The translations under genes and the position numbers were made by a program. Shown piece after piece: positions 11,961 to 26,660 of a DNA stretch of 64,000 bases. The DNA comes from Octopus vulgaris (taxonomy: Eukaryota), in the NCBI GenBank assembly GCA_951406725.2, contig OX597833.1:6138001-6202000 (forward strand), written 5' to 3'. Every line of letters begins with the position of its first letter. Position 1 is the stretch's first letter. The notes under the pieces were generated by a model. That model saw only the letters and a list, made by a program, of their open reading frames with translations. It ran no database searches and had not been told where the DNA came from.

Positions 11961-12373
11961 TAGGCGCAGGAGTGGCTGTGTGGTAAGTAGCTGGCTAACC
12001 AACCACATGGTTCCGGGTTCAGTCCCACTGCGTGGCATCTTGGGCAAGTGTCTTCTGCTATAGCCCCGGGCCGACCAATGCCTTGTGAGTGGATTTGGTA
12101 GACGGAAACTGAAAGAAGCCTGTCGTATATGTGTATATATATATATATATATGTGCGTGTGTGTGTTTGTGTGTCTGTGTTTGTCCCCCTAGCATTGCTT
12201 GACAACCGATGCTGGTGTGTTTACTACGTCCCCGGCAAAAGAGACCGATAGAATAAGTACTGGGCTTACAAAAGAATAAGTCCCGGGGTCGATTTGCTCG
12301 ACTAAAGGCGGTGCTCCAGCATGGCCGCAGTCAAATGACTGAAGCAAGTAAAAGAGTAAAAGAGAGTAAAGAG
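11961..12373 (+). mobile_element. tRNA-derived SINE family 3 (CORE-like, internal microsatellite)
   Basis: AGGCGCAGGAGTGGCTGTGTGGTAAG head, CTTGGGCAAGTGTCTT, and tail CAGCATGGCCGCAGTCAAATGACTGAA..(GTAAAAGA)n. Confidence 0.88.
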
Positions 12374-12754
12374 AGAATATGCATATATTTCATCCGCCGT
12401 TTAAACACTGATGCTTTCTGCCTTCCCACCATTATCTTTTCTTTTATATCATTATACCTCATTGCTTTTCTCACAGTTTACTTTTCAATTATTTCATTTC
12501 ATTTTTTTAAAATTTATTTATTTATTATTTATTTATTTTTATTTTATTTTTATTTTTTATAATGTGTCTATTTCCCTGATATATGTTTGTGAAAACGTTC
12601 TTCACTTTTCCTAGAATAAATATTTCAAGAAATAGCTTCTGGTGTTGTACCGTAGGCATCTCGGAAAGGGCTTCTCCCACCCGAAACAAAAAGGACAGGC
12701 GTGACTCTGTTGTAAAACGTTTGCATCCTTTCCAACCACATTGTTTCGAGAATG

Positions 12755-12854
<100 letters not shown>

Positions 12855-12900
12855 TGTATGTGTGTGTGTGTTTTTTTTTTTTTTTTTTTTTTAATATATA

Positions 12901-12931
<31 letters not shown>

Positions 12932-13257
12932 GTATATATATATATAGTTGGAATATAGCAGAAAACACTTTCCAAAGGTGCCACACAGTGGAACTGAACC
13001 CGTAACCATGTGCTTGGGGATCGAACTATTTACCACAATATCACGTCATACTTTAGCGATGGAGTTAATAATAAATGGATAATATGGATAATTTTTTTTT
13101 AGTCTACTTATCATATTTACAACTCACTTTATGTGTGTATCCATGTGTATACACGCATGTGACGCAAAGTATATTTATGGGACAAATCCTCTAAAAAAGA
13201 CAGTTTATAAAGAAATATATATTTGGAACGAAACAGAAGCATTTTATGAAATATAAT

Positions 13258-13379
13258 TTATTTTATACAAAATTTATTACGTAAAGTTATTAACGAAATA
13301 AACACTAGTGCAAGAACGGCACAGGCTCCAGCTCCGTAGAACACAACCAGGAACGATCCGGTGATGTCATAAAACAGAC
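13258..13379 (-). CDS. Gene B exon 8 (last)
   Basis: ttttag|GT LFYDITGSFLVVFYGAGAC ... FCIK-TAA. Confidence 0.88.
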
Positions 13380-16300
13380 CTAAAATGACAAATTAGATTG
13401 TTTAAAGAATCACAGTTCCTGAAGACATTGTATCGATTTAATCAATACACGCATGGGGTATTATTTGAAGGACAATATTGTACTTTTTCATCATTAAACT
13501 TGTAAATATTAAAGTCAATTGTTTCTAACGGGGAACTTGAAGTATATAAGGCTATATATAATGGCGTGTAGAATATTGGGTTTAAGAACCCTTTGGATGG
13601 AAAAGAATGTCGAAGGCTGCCCTTCGGACACGAACCCACACCTTCTGTAAGCATGATTGATGTTCTAACCATCATATCAAAGCAACCCTTCGAATATTCC
13701 ATTCATTTTAGAATCTATGTTCTCGTGAGAATTGTAAAATGTTTACATTATAGGTATTTAGAGACTTCAAGAGATCGTAGCAGCAGGCAGAATATTTGGC
13801 TGGAAAATCTCTTGGGTAGAAGAAAGTAGAAAACTGCCTGTGTGACTCGAAACCGTATTTTTTCGATGAAATAACAGAAGTGAAACTAGAATTCTATGGG
13901 AATAAAATTTTGTTGTTTAGCTGCCTACGAGAATTTCTGTACTACATTGCATCACATGTTCCTGTCTTTGATGCGTTGCAGCTAATGACAGTAGCAGTTG
14001 TCTTTTCCAATATTGTGTTATTAAATATTTTTTAAACTGCTTACATTTGCTTTAATATTCAGATATTTTATTAAGTATATTTAGGAAGTGTATGTATTCC
14101 AGTAGTTGAAGCTCTTCTTAGCTGTAGAAGTCGCATTGTTTTGTCCCATTTTTAAAAGATCCGAATTCTCTCCACATTATATCGAATTCTTTGCCTCTGA
14201 TTTCTTTAATTTCCAGATGTGTCTTGATAGTTTCTTGACGTTCTTCCTTCTTTTCCATATTTTCTGAGCGTAGCAGTGTGGTTATATTGTATCTTGAACT
14301 TGCCTTTTGTCTTGCCTATATACAGCTTTAGTTACTGTTAGATGTACGTCTATTGAAGCTAACCTCATCTTGGTACACAACCGCTTGTGTATCGCGGGAC
14401 ATACTTAAGAGGAGCCTGGTTTGTGCAGCTGCGTGGGGATTCGATATTGTTCGTCTAACTCTTGTTATGATGTTCTTTTCATATTCCTGGTTGATCTGTA
14501 AACGCTACGTCGCTTGAATAGTTTTCAGTATCTGTGGTTTGTAGGGAAGTGTTTATCTATTGATGCTAGAAAGTTTTTTCCTAAGCTAGACTTGACGTTA
14601 AGTGACAATGGAACTATAAACTATATAAGTGTACGTTTTCTCTTTGGGGAAAGGGTTTTCAATACTAACAGACACAAACAACATAGAGAAGTACATTGCA
14701 TCGGTTATTTTCAATATTACATTACATAAACATATTGAAGAATAACTTTGACGAGCTTACCAAAAAGAGGAGAGGAAACTAATCCTGCGATTCCACTCGT
14801 GACACATAGAACACTGTATGCCTTTGTAGAATGTTCTAGACCAACGACTTCAGTGGTTAGCACCAGTCTTAGTGATACGGTAAACCCTGGAGTAAATGAA
14901 GAACGGTACAGATTCAGAATGCTATACACAAACACACACATATATAGACAAATACACAAATATATTTGTGTGATTTTTGATAATAACTGAAAGGAACTTC
15001 TTCCCTCCAAACCTGTGTATATAATTCAAGAACGCATTTGTGTAAAATTGTGTTCTATTTGAAATGCTTGGTGATGGACTAACTTGTTAAGACAAAGATA
15101 AAATATTGTAAAATAGCAGAATACTAAAATACATCTGACTTCAGACCAATATTTGATGGAGCTTTACATCCGCACATGTCGAGGGGTTTTAGTCAACTGT
15201 TATCAAAATTATTCCTCTTTTTTTTTTTGCTTTCTTTTTGTATATTGTATAATTTTTTACTTTTTTTTTTGTCCTGCAAAATATCGAAACCCATTTTTAT
15301 GACAAATTTATATTTACGAAGCATTCTGCTCCAGTGTTTTACTTTTCTCAACATTAATATGGAGAATTTCACGGCCGAGGTTGACTTTACATTTTATCCT
15401 TTCGGAGTCGATAAATTAAGTACCAGTTGAATACTGGGGTTGATCTAATCGACTGGCCCTAGTATCAACGATTTAACAAGTCCCAAAACTGCGGCCCTTC
15501 TGCGTGTGTTGGAGTACAGAGAATCAGTGATGAGTGCTAACTGCTGGATCGTTCAGAGTAGCACAACAGAGACGGGTTGCGCAAGTCAGGAGATGATGGC
15601 GATGGTGAATATACGAACATTACAATAAAATTCTAAAATAAATTGTGTTGAAAATGTTATAAACTTACCGAGAGCAATACTGTAGATACAGACTACAGGA
15701 GCGATGTATTGGAAGGTATAGCAGTATGGCATCAATATGGTAGAAACTGAGAATACTAGCAGAGAAAAGATGTACATGTTCTTGCTACGAAAGTGAAGCA
15801 GATCAACAAACACACCAAGGAAGAGTTCCCCGATTGTTGTGAATAATCCGAGAAGCGACATCAAAATGGCGGACTTCTTCTGAGTCATGCCAAACGACCA
15901 GACACAGAGAGGTGGCAAATACATTATCAAAGTTAGATTAACTGTAATAAAAATGAAAGGGATTGAGAAAAATGGTGAGAAAAAACGAGATGATACAAAG
16001 TTAAAGGGACAAAAAGGATGTCGGGAAGGAGATGAGTGAGAATAGAAACGGGCGGAACAAAATTTGATGAAGCTAAACGTCTATGGTCGATGTATTAGTT
16101 GTTATTATTTTTGTTAGTAATGTCATTTAGTAATTTCATTTGGTTGATGTGAGACGTGTGTGAACAGAGATACACAAAACAATTCAGACATTCTTTTCTA
16201 CTCTCGGCACAAGAGCAGAAATTTTGAGGGGAGAGGGCCAGTTGATTAGATCGACCCCCAGTACGCAACTGGTACTAAATTTACCGCCCCCGAAAGGATG

Positions 16301-17070
16301 AAAGGCAAAGTCGACCTCGGTGGAGTTTGAACTCAGAACGCAGACTGACGAAATACCTATTTCTTTACTACCCTCAAGGGGCTAAACACAGAGAGGACAA
16401 ACAAGGACAGACAAACGGATTAAGTCGATTATATCGACCCCAGTGCGTAACTGGTACTTATGTAATCGACCCCAAAACGATGAAAGGCAAAGTCGACCTC
16501 GGAAGAATTTGAACTCAGAACGTAACAGCAAACTACATACCGCTAAGCATTTCGTCCGGCGTGCGAACGTTTCTGCCAGCTCGCCGCCAAGAACCTATTC
16601 TAGCTGTCCCAAATGATAGCATTTTGGAGCTGCTTTAATCTAGGGTTTATGCCTATTTCCTCTATCCATCCGAAATGCTTAGCAGTATTTCGTCTGCCGT
16701 TACGTTCTGAGTTCAAATTCCGCCGAGGTCGACTTTGCCTTTCATCTTTTCGGGGTCGATTAAATAAGTACCAGTTACGCACTGGGGTCGATATAATCGA
16801 CTTAATCCGTTTGTCTGTCCTTGTTTGTCCCCTCTATGTTTAGCCCCCTGGTGAGCAATAAAGAAATAAGGATAGGTTCTTGGCATCAAATTTACTTGTT
16901 GCAGCCTGATGATAGGAATTTTTTTCAACTGTTTAGTCTGTTGTGCATAAATGCAATAATAATCATTATAACAATAATTATATTCCTTTCTCATATAGTA
17001 TAAGGCCTGAAATGTTCGTGGGGGGATTAATTCGGTTACATAAATCCCAGTACTTCACTGATCGACCCCA

Positions 17071-17120
<50 letters not shown>

Positions 17121-17182
17121 GTACATGATAACACTTCCAATCAGTTAAGATCAGAAGCCATGAGAGCCACTGCCTGGTATTG

Positions 17183-17237
<55 letters not shown>

Positions 17238-17776
17238 GCTACTTACACACCCAAAAGACATAGGACAACATCAGTAACAGAAAGTTAACATTCTTAAAAA
17301 GTTCAACGCCAATTATATTTGTGCAGCGTTTCGCCAGTGAATTCTCATCTTTCCGGTTCCTGACAACGTATTCGCCCTTGACGCCATTTTTATCTGCTGT
17401 TGAAGGACTGTCCTAAAACAAAAAATAAAAGAATTTAGATTAATATTCAAAGAATTTTTATAAGCATTCTTTTAAGCGTTGTGATTCCTTTTTGAAAGGC
17501 AATCGACCTCGGCGGAATTTGAACTCAGAACGCAAAGACAGACGAAATAACGCTAAGCATTTCGGCCGGAGTGCTAACGTTTCTGCCAGTAATTACTCTT
17601 CTGTAACTAAAATAGGCAACGGATAAACTGCTATGTGTAATAGATGTTTCGACTTTCTGCGACTCGGGTTCGAATCACACCGGGATTAAACTTTGTCCAT
17701 AAGAAGAAAACGGGCAAATCTCTGGGCGATGGATTACGAAACAGAAACGATCTTGGCTAGGATGCTTTGGATGTGT

Positions 17777-17841
<65 letters not shown>

Positions 17842-19141
17842 TTTGTATCTGTCTTTGTCTCCCCACCACCGCTGTACAACAGCTGCTGGTGTGTTTACGT
17901 CCCAGTAACTTAACAGTTTGGTAAAGGAGATTGCAAGAATAAGTACCAGGCTTTACAAAGTACTAGGGTCGATTCATTCAACTAAAAATTGTTCAAGGCA
18001 ATGCCCCAGCATGGCCGCAGTCTAATGACTTTTGTAAGTAGAAGATGAAAGGTTCGGTTATAGCAACGGAACACTGTTGAAGAACTCTTACATATTTCGA
18101 TATACTCAGAGAAAAAAAACACATCGTTAATAATTATAAGTATTAATCAATTATCAGAATTAATTAACAAACAATAAAACAATTACTCTCTCACCACGTT
18201 CTGTGTCTCTTTTAACGTTATGAATCTCTCGTTTCGGATCCTTCTCTCTCTGGTGCTTCCTGTGTTGTGGGATTCTTCATCTTCCATCACAGAAGTTTGG
18301 TTGGTTCCGTCTGGTGAGGCAGAAATTAGATTTCTACAAAACAGTAAGCATTGCGTTCTTTTTGTGTCTACCATTGTTTCATTTTTTCTCACAAGACTAT
18401 ATACATACATACATAAATAATCAAATAGAATTAAACAACATATCTTAAAGTACATTTATTTAATTTTATTATTTCATTATTTTATAATTATTATATGTGA
18501 ACTAAAATCTAAAAGTATTAAGTGTGATTGATTTGTAAAATAGTTGTAACGTAAAATATTATAGTATAGGTAGTGAAAAGATATACTATAGTTTATTAAT
18601 GTTATTATCAAAGCTAAAATACATCTTCACAGATAAGATACGTTTTTCTATATATTTACTCTATTTTTTACCTTAGGTTTTTAACATCAAATTTAGTTAA
18701 CGGAGTTTCTTCTATAAGAAGAACCATGATTTTATATCTTTAGGAAATATTGTTTAATTCTATTTGATTATTTATTTAACTATTATTGTTACTATTGTTG
18801 ACCTGAGGAGTGACTATACTTTTAAATTGAATTGTTTTTCGATTAAATTTAAATTTAATTGTAATTCGAATTGAAGTTATAGCTATGAAACGTACGTAGT
18901 CTTTTTACTTATCATATATTGTTCATTCATTTTTTTGTACTTTTTGTGGTCTAGTTATATGTTTTATAATATATTTTATTTTTCTTTATCATTTGGTTTA
19001 TGTCTATCATTGTTTGAATTACATAATAGTGTATTTTCTCTAATTTATATATATTATATATTTATATTGTGAAATTTGATTTAATACTAAATTGAATTTT
19101 TCCCTGTAAGTTTGGAGTTATACTCCTTATAATTATTATAA

Positions 19142-19178
<37 letters not shown>

Positions 19179-19758
19179 GAGTGAGAGAGCAGTTCATGCC
19201 ATCAAAGTGACACTGGGGTAAAATATACGAAGCCCAATATACCCATCATGACTACCCGTCTGATAAAGGTACACCAGGCACATGCATCACAACCATATGT
19301 GCGCGACATGGTGATCTCATATCAAGATAAACAGCACATGACCTTGCAGGTGGGGCCCAGTTAGAATTTTCTTCAGGTTGAGTAGCCCATCCTGCTCAAA
19401 CGGTCCCTGAATAAGGGTTGTTTAAGGATGTTGAAAGAACCACCCATGTTTCCAGAGGTGAACTATTCAAACCCCAAAGAATCCCTCTCAACACATGGCT
19501 ATGATGCTCCCCCACTACTTCTGCTCGTGATCAGAGATGCACATATCGTCAGCCACTAAGGGACATGCTCAACTGGTTAAGGTCAAACAACTGACAAGTA
19601 AATCTATGGTATTGAGCAGAATATTTGCTGTAGCCCATCTTTTATACCAAGACAAAACAATGTACATGATAACACTTCCAATCATTTAAGATCAGAATCC
19701 ATGAGAGCCACTGCCTGGTACTGCATCAGGGCATTTATTATTATTATTATTATTATTA

Positions 19759-19798
<40 letters not shown>

Positions 19799-20687
19799 CA
19801 TATTTATATATATTCGCCTATGTATTTGCACATGTGTATATATTCTGTGTATTATATACATACGTAATAATATTTCAAATTGTAACGATCTTACCTTTAG
19901 ATTCTTTCTGCTCAACATTTTTGTAGGCATATTGCAGGGGTCGGCAAAGCGATCCAAAAACAACAATATTCAAAAGTGCCCCTGAAATAAGAAGCAAGGT
20001 CCCTCTCAGTCCGTAAAAGTCTATGAGGTACTCAAGTAACATGTTGGCCACTAATGTCCCCATTCCACCACCACAGTTCGATATTCCTATTGCCAGTGCA
20101 CGCTTTTTTTCAAAATAGAATCCTGCAATGATTTGCCCAGTGAAAAATGACATTCCAAGTGACACACCTGAAAAAAAAAGGTAAAATAATTCACAAAAAT
20201 TATTTTGGAAATACACAGCAATATATTACAGAGATATGAAATCGGTGGAGCTGTTTTGTGATTGACTGGTGATTTTTGAATTGTGCTTCTAAATGCCGTG
20301 TGTTTGTCCATTTAGAAGTTTCTAAAGTACTTTTACCATTTCCATAATTACTTCCATTGTTTAACTGGAAGTTAGAAACTGATTATTTAAAAGTTAGATT
20401 TGTGATGACTGGTGTTAGAATTTCTCTGTTTATATCGTGATTATGGACTGGAAAGCTTATTCGACATTAGATATTGGTGATAAAACGAGTCGTTAAGTTT
20501 CGTTGGTTGGTTGGGTTGGTCAGAAGGAGTGTTTTTCAACATGTCTGTAGGAATTCTTAGAACAACACATGCATAACGGCTGCGAAATTCTTGGGTCTCC
20601 AAAGATACGATTTATGTAAGCACTAGCAGCGCATTCACCACTTCAAAAGGGAATGTTTTGGCTATTCCTTCTCTCTCTCAACAAATA

Positions 20688-20737
<50 letters not shown>

Positions 20738-22255
20738 TGAACAGAACTTTCCGTCAGTATTCTGTTATTTATTTTTTTCTGCTCATTCATCCATTGTTCC
20801 GTCCCTCCCGTTGTTAATGAGGTAACTCATTTATTTCTTATTGTTATTTTGGCGGTCATTAATTATTATTCGTAAAGCTGTATCAAGCTAAGTAATTAGT
20901 CAAGCCATGAGAAGTACAAATAATGTCAGTCGCTCACACATTATGTAAAAGGTGAACGTATTATCTCGCCAGACGTGACAACAAACAGTCGAAATGTGTG
21001 TCATTTTGATGACATCGCAACATTATCTATTCTCCCCGCCACACACCACACACCACACACACACCACACACATACGCATACACACACAAACACATACACG
21101 CTCAAACATTGCTTCAAGTCGACTCAGTAATAAGTGAGCCCTTTGTTAACGAGCTTCAAAGCTAAGAGGATATTTTAGCCCAGCCGATGATTAGCCCAGC
21201 TTTAACCAAATTTATCTCGTAAATATTTCCGTTAAACAGAACATAGCACCGTGTCAGTTGGCGTTGTGTCTTTTTTACACTCCCGAAAGAAAGATAACAT
21301 TTTTATTACAGGGTAGCTAGACATATGTTCTTTCCGATGGTGACATTTTCTTATCAGCTTCTACCTTTCGGAAGTTAACGAAACCAGCAAAAGATAAACA
21401 TTTTCAATCATAATTTGAATATTTCGAGAAAATATTCTTATCTATGCGGTTTATTTTTCTTTGCACCTCGTTACACTTTCGCGTCTTGGGTGCAATTATT
21501 CTCAAAATCTATGGACGCATTCAGTATTTTTTTATTACATTATTGTCCGAGCTTTTAAATTACGCGTGTTCGATGCAATTCTTTCCAAAATCCACGGACA
21601 GGTTTCATATATTTTAAATCCGTATTTGTCCTCGCTCGCTTAAATTCTACATGTTTAAAATCCACGAACACATTTAATAGATATTTTCACCCCATGATGG
21701 TCCGATCCATTTCAGTTATTTCCCAACTTTCTACAATGACATTACGTTTTCTTTTTTATTTCTTTTTTTCAGACCAGACTAAAGACAGTCTTATCACTTC
21801 AACTTCGGTTTGGACAGCAGTGTTTTAGAAGAACATTGTTCTCCGTCAAACGGTTGCTCTGGAGTCCTTCAATATTCCATCATCTATACGACCCACATGA
21901 CCTGCCCAATGCGGTCTGTTTCGCTGTAAAAGATCTTTTATCTCTACAGCGTACGCTAACCTTCAAACCGCAGCATCGCTCACATAATCTCACCAAGATA
22001 TATGCAAAATTTGAAGAGAGCATTCTCGTTGGAATTATTTATATATTTAGAATACAATGTCTAAGTTCTACAAACATTTGAGAAAACAGACAAAATGCAT
22101 GTCTGGGAGTAAATATTTGGCAGTCATTCCTGCATATCTTGGAGAGCACAGGGAAGAGGTTATAACTTCCTAAATGATAGCCACGGCTCTATTTGCCATT
22201 TTGCTCGTCATGACTATCATTTGGAAAATTGCAATCTTCACTATCGTCTCAAATC

Positions 22256-22299
<44 letters not shown>

Positions 22300-22318
22300 T
22301 GTGTGTGTTCGTGCGTGC

Positions 22319-22361
<43 letters not shown>

Positions 22362-22440
22362 TGCGTGCGTGTGCGTGTGTGTTTGTGTGTGTGTGTGTGC
22401 GTGCGTGCGTGTGTGTGTGTGTGTTTGTGTGTATGTATGC

Positions 22441-22487
<47 letters not shown>

Positions 22488-22491
22488 TGTG

Positions 22492-22560
<69 letters not shown>

Positions 22561-23838
22561 TACTTGTTTCAGTCATTGGATTGCGGCCTGGCTTGAGAAG
22601 GGTGTAGTCGCACGAACCGTCGCCAGGGTGTTGAAGTCGTTTGGGGGAATAATGTGGTTGTGTCTGTTTGGTAAGTATTGTAGCACAAATAGTACCCGTT
22701 GGTACTGTTAGGGTAAGGGTTCGATGTGGCAAGAAATTATTGATGCGGCACGCTGCTCCTGCAGGCCCAGGTCAACCCTCGTTTGGAGTATTGTGGAATA
22801 TTTGTGTAGGAAGCAACTTGTGTGGGCTTTGTACAGGTTGCAATGATATAAAAAAAATACAGCTTTCTGTACTTTAAAAGGATTTGTTGTGGAATAATTT
22901 GGAATGCCTGACATTTATTCATATTTTTTAAAGATGACATATTGACGTTTGGAATATATTTGGATGGACAACGGAATCTCACCTGCGATGAGGCCATATG
23001 TAACGATCATCATATCAATACTGGTGGAAAATGCTCCCAATATGGCTCCTATGAAACCCAGAAGACCTGCTAATATGATCACTGTCCGATGGCTAAAGTA
23101 AACCAACAACATACTGGCCACTGGAGCTGGAAATAGAATGTGATAAGGATTGGTGAAGAGAATGAGGTGTCAACACCGTGGTTTAGGTTCGATCTAATTA
23201 TTGATTTTGTACTTTATATTGGAAATGAAGCTGAACTCTCTTTTTTAACTCATTTATCAGAAGAGTGAATAAAAACAGATGAATCCTTCCGGACAACTTG
23301 ATATTCGCCATTTTTTACCAGGAAACAGACGTAGTTTGATAAGTAATGGAGTCAAGATGAAATTCGGGTGAATGAGAAATATTTAATGATATTTTGATGA
23401 TAACGATACCATGTCATGATAGATATATAATAAAAACAAAAGCTTATAATGATCAATATATAATGATGGCTTTAGATCGATAATAGAAAAGCATCGTGGG
23501 AAAGATATTCAAATGGGAAATTTAATAGAGAAATATTTTGTTACCAAAATGGGTAATTGAAGAAAAAGGAAATAGGAATGTGATTTACCTGCAAGCATAC
23601 TGAGTCCACTTTGTAGTGCTCCAATTAAAGACAGCTTCGATACTGGGTCATCAAAGATTCTGGTGAGACCAATGAGGAATATTCCAGAAGAACTTGTCAG
23701 TCCGTTTACTATGAAACAGAGAGAGGCTGCAGCAAAGCAGACGACCCATCCCCAGCCGCCATCTGGTGGCACCGGTCGTTTCTCATAACTTTCCACATCT
23801 TTGAGAACCGTTTCGTGTTGAACGGAGTTAAAGGACAT
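13258..23838 (-). CDS. SLC16/MCT-like MFS transporter paralog B, complete, 8 exons, 1470 bp / 489 aa
   Basis: Exons 23838-23589, 23126-22983, 20167-19895, 18310-18195, 17412-17247, 15941-15669, 14886-14761 and 13379-13258 are all GT-AG with compatible phases. SLC16 signatures PPDGGWGWVV and YFEKKRALAIGI are present. Confidence 0.92.
14120..14660 (-). mobile_element. Decayed Penelope-like linker + GIY-YIG endonuclease
   Basis: Manual translation gives PKRKRTLI*FIVPLSLNVKSSLGKNFLASIDKHFPTNH and KLYIGKTKGKFKIQYNH..LSRHIWKLK, with stops and frameshifts. Confidence 0.75.
14761..14886 (-). CDS. Gene B exon 7
   Basis: GFTVSLRLVLTTEVVGLEHSTKAYS ...; 126 bp, AG/GT. Confidence 0.92.
15669..15941 (-). 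CDS. Gene B exon 6
   Basis: YLPPLCVWSFGMTQKKSAIL ...; 273 bp, AG/GT. Confidence 0.92.
16190..17050. mobile_element. SINE family 2 copies in opposite orientations
   Basis: 16190-16590 on -, 16670-17050 on +. Confidence 0.8.
17247..17412 (-). CDS. Gene B exon 5
   Basis: ttttag|DSPSTA ... [24 protein letters not shown]|gtaagt. Confidence 0.87.
18195..18310 (-). CDS. Gene B exon 4
   Basis: caccag|AC GTNQTSVMEDEE ... QNV|gtgaga. Confidence 0.8.
18800..18901 (+). ncRNA. Type I hammerhead motif, long AT-rich stem II
   Basis: GAC-CTGAGGA-GTGACTATA...TATAGCTAT-GAAA-CGTACG-TA-GTC. Confidence 0.7.
19179..19735. mobile_element. Non-coding interspersed element inserted in (ATT)n
   Basis: Flanked on both sides by ATT arrays. 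A terminal fragment is repeated at 17120-17185, also in (ATT)n. Confidence 0.6.
19895..20167 (-). CDS. Gene B exon 3
   Basis: YFEKKRALAIGISNCGGGMG ... GSLCRPL; 273 bp, AG/GT. Confidence 0.92.
21830..22070 (-). mobile_element. RTE-like LINE remnant
   Basis: Manual translation gives LQRNRPHWAGHVGRIDDG. Confidence 0.5.
22257..22558. repeat. (GT)n/(GTGC) microsatellite
   Basis: Direct inspection. Confidence 0.97.
22983..23126 (-). CDS. Gene B exon 2
   Basis: ttccag|CT PVASMLLVYFSHRTV ... TYGLIA G|gtgaga; 144 bp. Confidence 0.92.
23589..23838 (-). CDS. Gene B exon 1
   Basis: ATG ... PPDGGWGWVVC ... SMLA G|gtaaat; 250 bp. Confidence 0.92.
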
Positions 23839-25996
23839 ATTTCGAATAAATTTACTGAAATGATTTTAAATAAAACAAAGTAGATTTCGTATTTGCTCAG
23901 AAGTCATGAAATATTTGAATGTACTCAGCTGATGACATTGTTACTCAGATTGTGTACTCAAGTTTTTGTAAGCTCAGAGATGAAATTACCAACATATGAC
24001 AACGTGACATAGCGATAAATTAATACAAAGTTTATAAAACTCTCACCATATCTCTGCTTTCGATTGGTAAGAGAAAAGGCTGTCAAATTCCCTTCGCACT
24101 AACATAATTTTTTCAAATATATATATAAACACATTAACCTTTCATTGTAACCAGTGTGACTCATAATCCTATAATTCTGTTTAATATATAAGAAGCAAGG
24201 AATTATGTGATGTCAAGAGAATAGTAGATAATACATACACACATACATACATACATACATACATACATGCAGACATGCAGACATGCATACATACATACAT
24301 ACATACATACATACATACATACATACATACATACATACATACATACATACATACATACATACATACATACATACATACATACATACACACATACCCTGTT
24401 GTTGATGTTAAAATTGCAATGAAGGAGCCTTGGATCTAGGTTAGAAACCTATTTCTTTATTACCCACAAGGGGCTAAACACAGAGGGGACAAACAAGGAC
24501 AGACATAGGTATTAAGTCGATTACATCGACCCCAGTGCGTAACTGGTACTTAATTTATCGACCCCGAAAGGATGAAAGGCAAAGTCGACCTCGGCGGAAT
24601 TTGAACTCAGAACGTTGCGACAGACGAAATACCGCTAAGCCTTTCGCATGACGCGCTAACGTTTCTGCCAGCTCGCCGCCTAGGTTAGAGACCGGTTCTT
24701 TCTCTACTGGCAAGAAATCTTGAAATAAACTGAATAATGACATACATACATGTTCCCTATACCGATTAGTAACCACCACAAATCCCAACTAATCTACGTT
24801 CCCATATAAAGCAACCACTTGCCCAAATAATCCCTTTACACTCCTCCAATAAATTCCCTGTATAACAGAGAAACGAACTTACACGTATTAGAAGTGGAAC
24901 CCCTAAGGAACTGGAATTGTACCATAAAAATAGACAGAGCGATGAAAGATTGAAAATGCCTTACATAAACAGCGAACATCTTGTCATTAGCCGCTTAATC
25001 ATTATATAATTGTTACATGAATTGTTATATATTACAGTGTAATATTTGAGGGAAAGCAAAAATAGTATTTATGAAGAAAAAGACTTAAAATTATATTTTG
25101 TTAGTGAAGATTTAAGGAGAATATAGAAAATATGATCGAAGTCAATAGAATACAGTTTATATTGTGAACGAAGTAAATATTTTGGGGGATAAATACCCGT
25201 CGATTATATAGAAATTCTAATCAACAGAAACTTTAAGTTAAAAGATCGAACTAAACTTTCTAGAGTATTCTCCTCTTATCGTCTGCCAATTACTTTTATT
25301 TACCAATGAATTATCAAATAAACCATTTAACTAATGAGACGAGTACAAAAGTTAAAAAATGAACTTACGAAATCGCTATCACTGCTTCTTGGAGACGATA
25401 AAAGCCAAGGAAGCGGGTTATTGTTTCTTTATGTGAAACGATTCTTAGCCCAAAACATTATTCTTTACATTTTAGCCTTCTAATTCCAGTAAATTTTGGC
25501 TGATAATTTTTCTCCATCAATTAAATGATTGCATTTCCAAAAGTCTGACGATCAACAATTATACCCGTCCCACGGGTATATATATCTACGGAGACTTTAG
25601 TAATTATTAAAACTGGCTGTCGATGAGAGGAAAGTAACCTTTGTTGATTACATCAAAACTTATTACTGCGTCACGATCAGACGTTGAATAACCAGCGAAA
25701 CACTACGAAACTGTTGGATCTATATTTACAGAAATGGAAGATTGTGTGAATTGTTTCGCTTTACCTTTTGAATGAAAAGAACGGTGGAAGTTCCAGGCAG
25801 AGAGAAACGTGACGTTGTGAAGTTCATGCGGAATGAGATTCGTTAATTATTGTTGCTGTTTTTGCTGTTGTTGTTTTTGTGCTGTTTAATTGACAAAACG
25901 ATCGACTCCGTGAGATATATGCAGGCAGACAGGCATTTCTTTCAGGATATTCAGATAAGTTTTGTGGCAGAATATAGTTTAATGACTTTATCTTTG

Positions 25997-26660
<664 letters not shown>

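Noticed and set aside
22600-22880. Possible jockey/CR1-like LINE remnant
   Set aside because: Only vague similarity (LYKA..., QRAASII) and too decayed to classify by eye.
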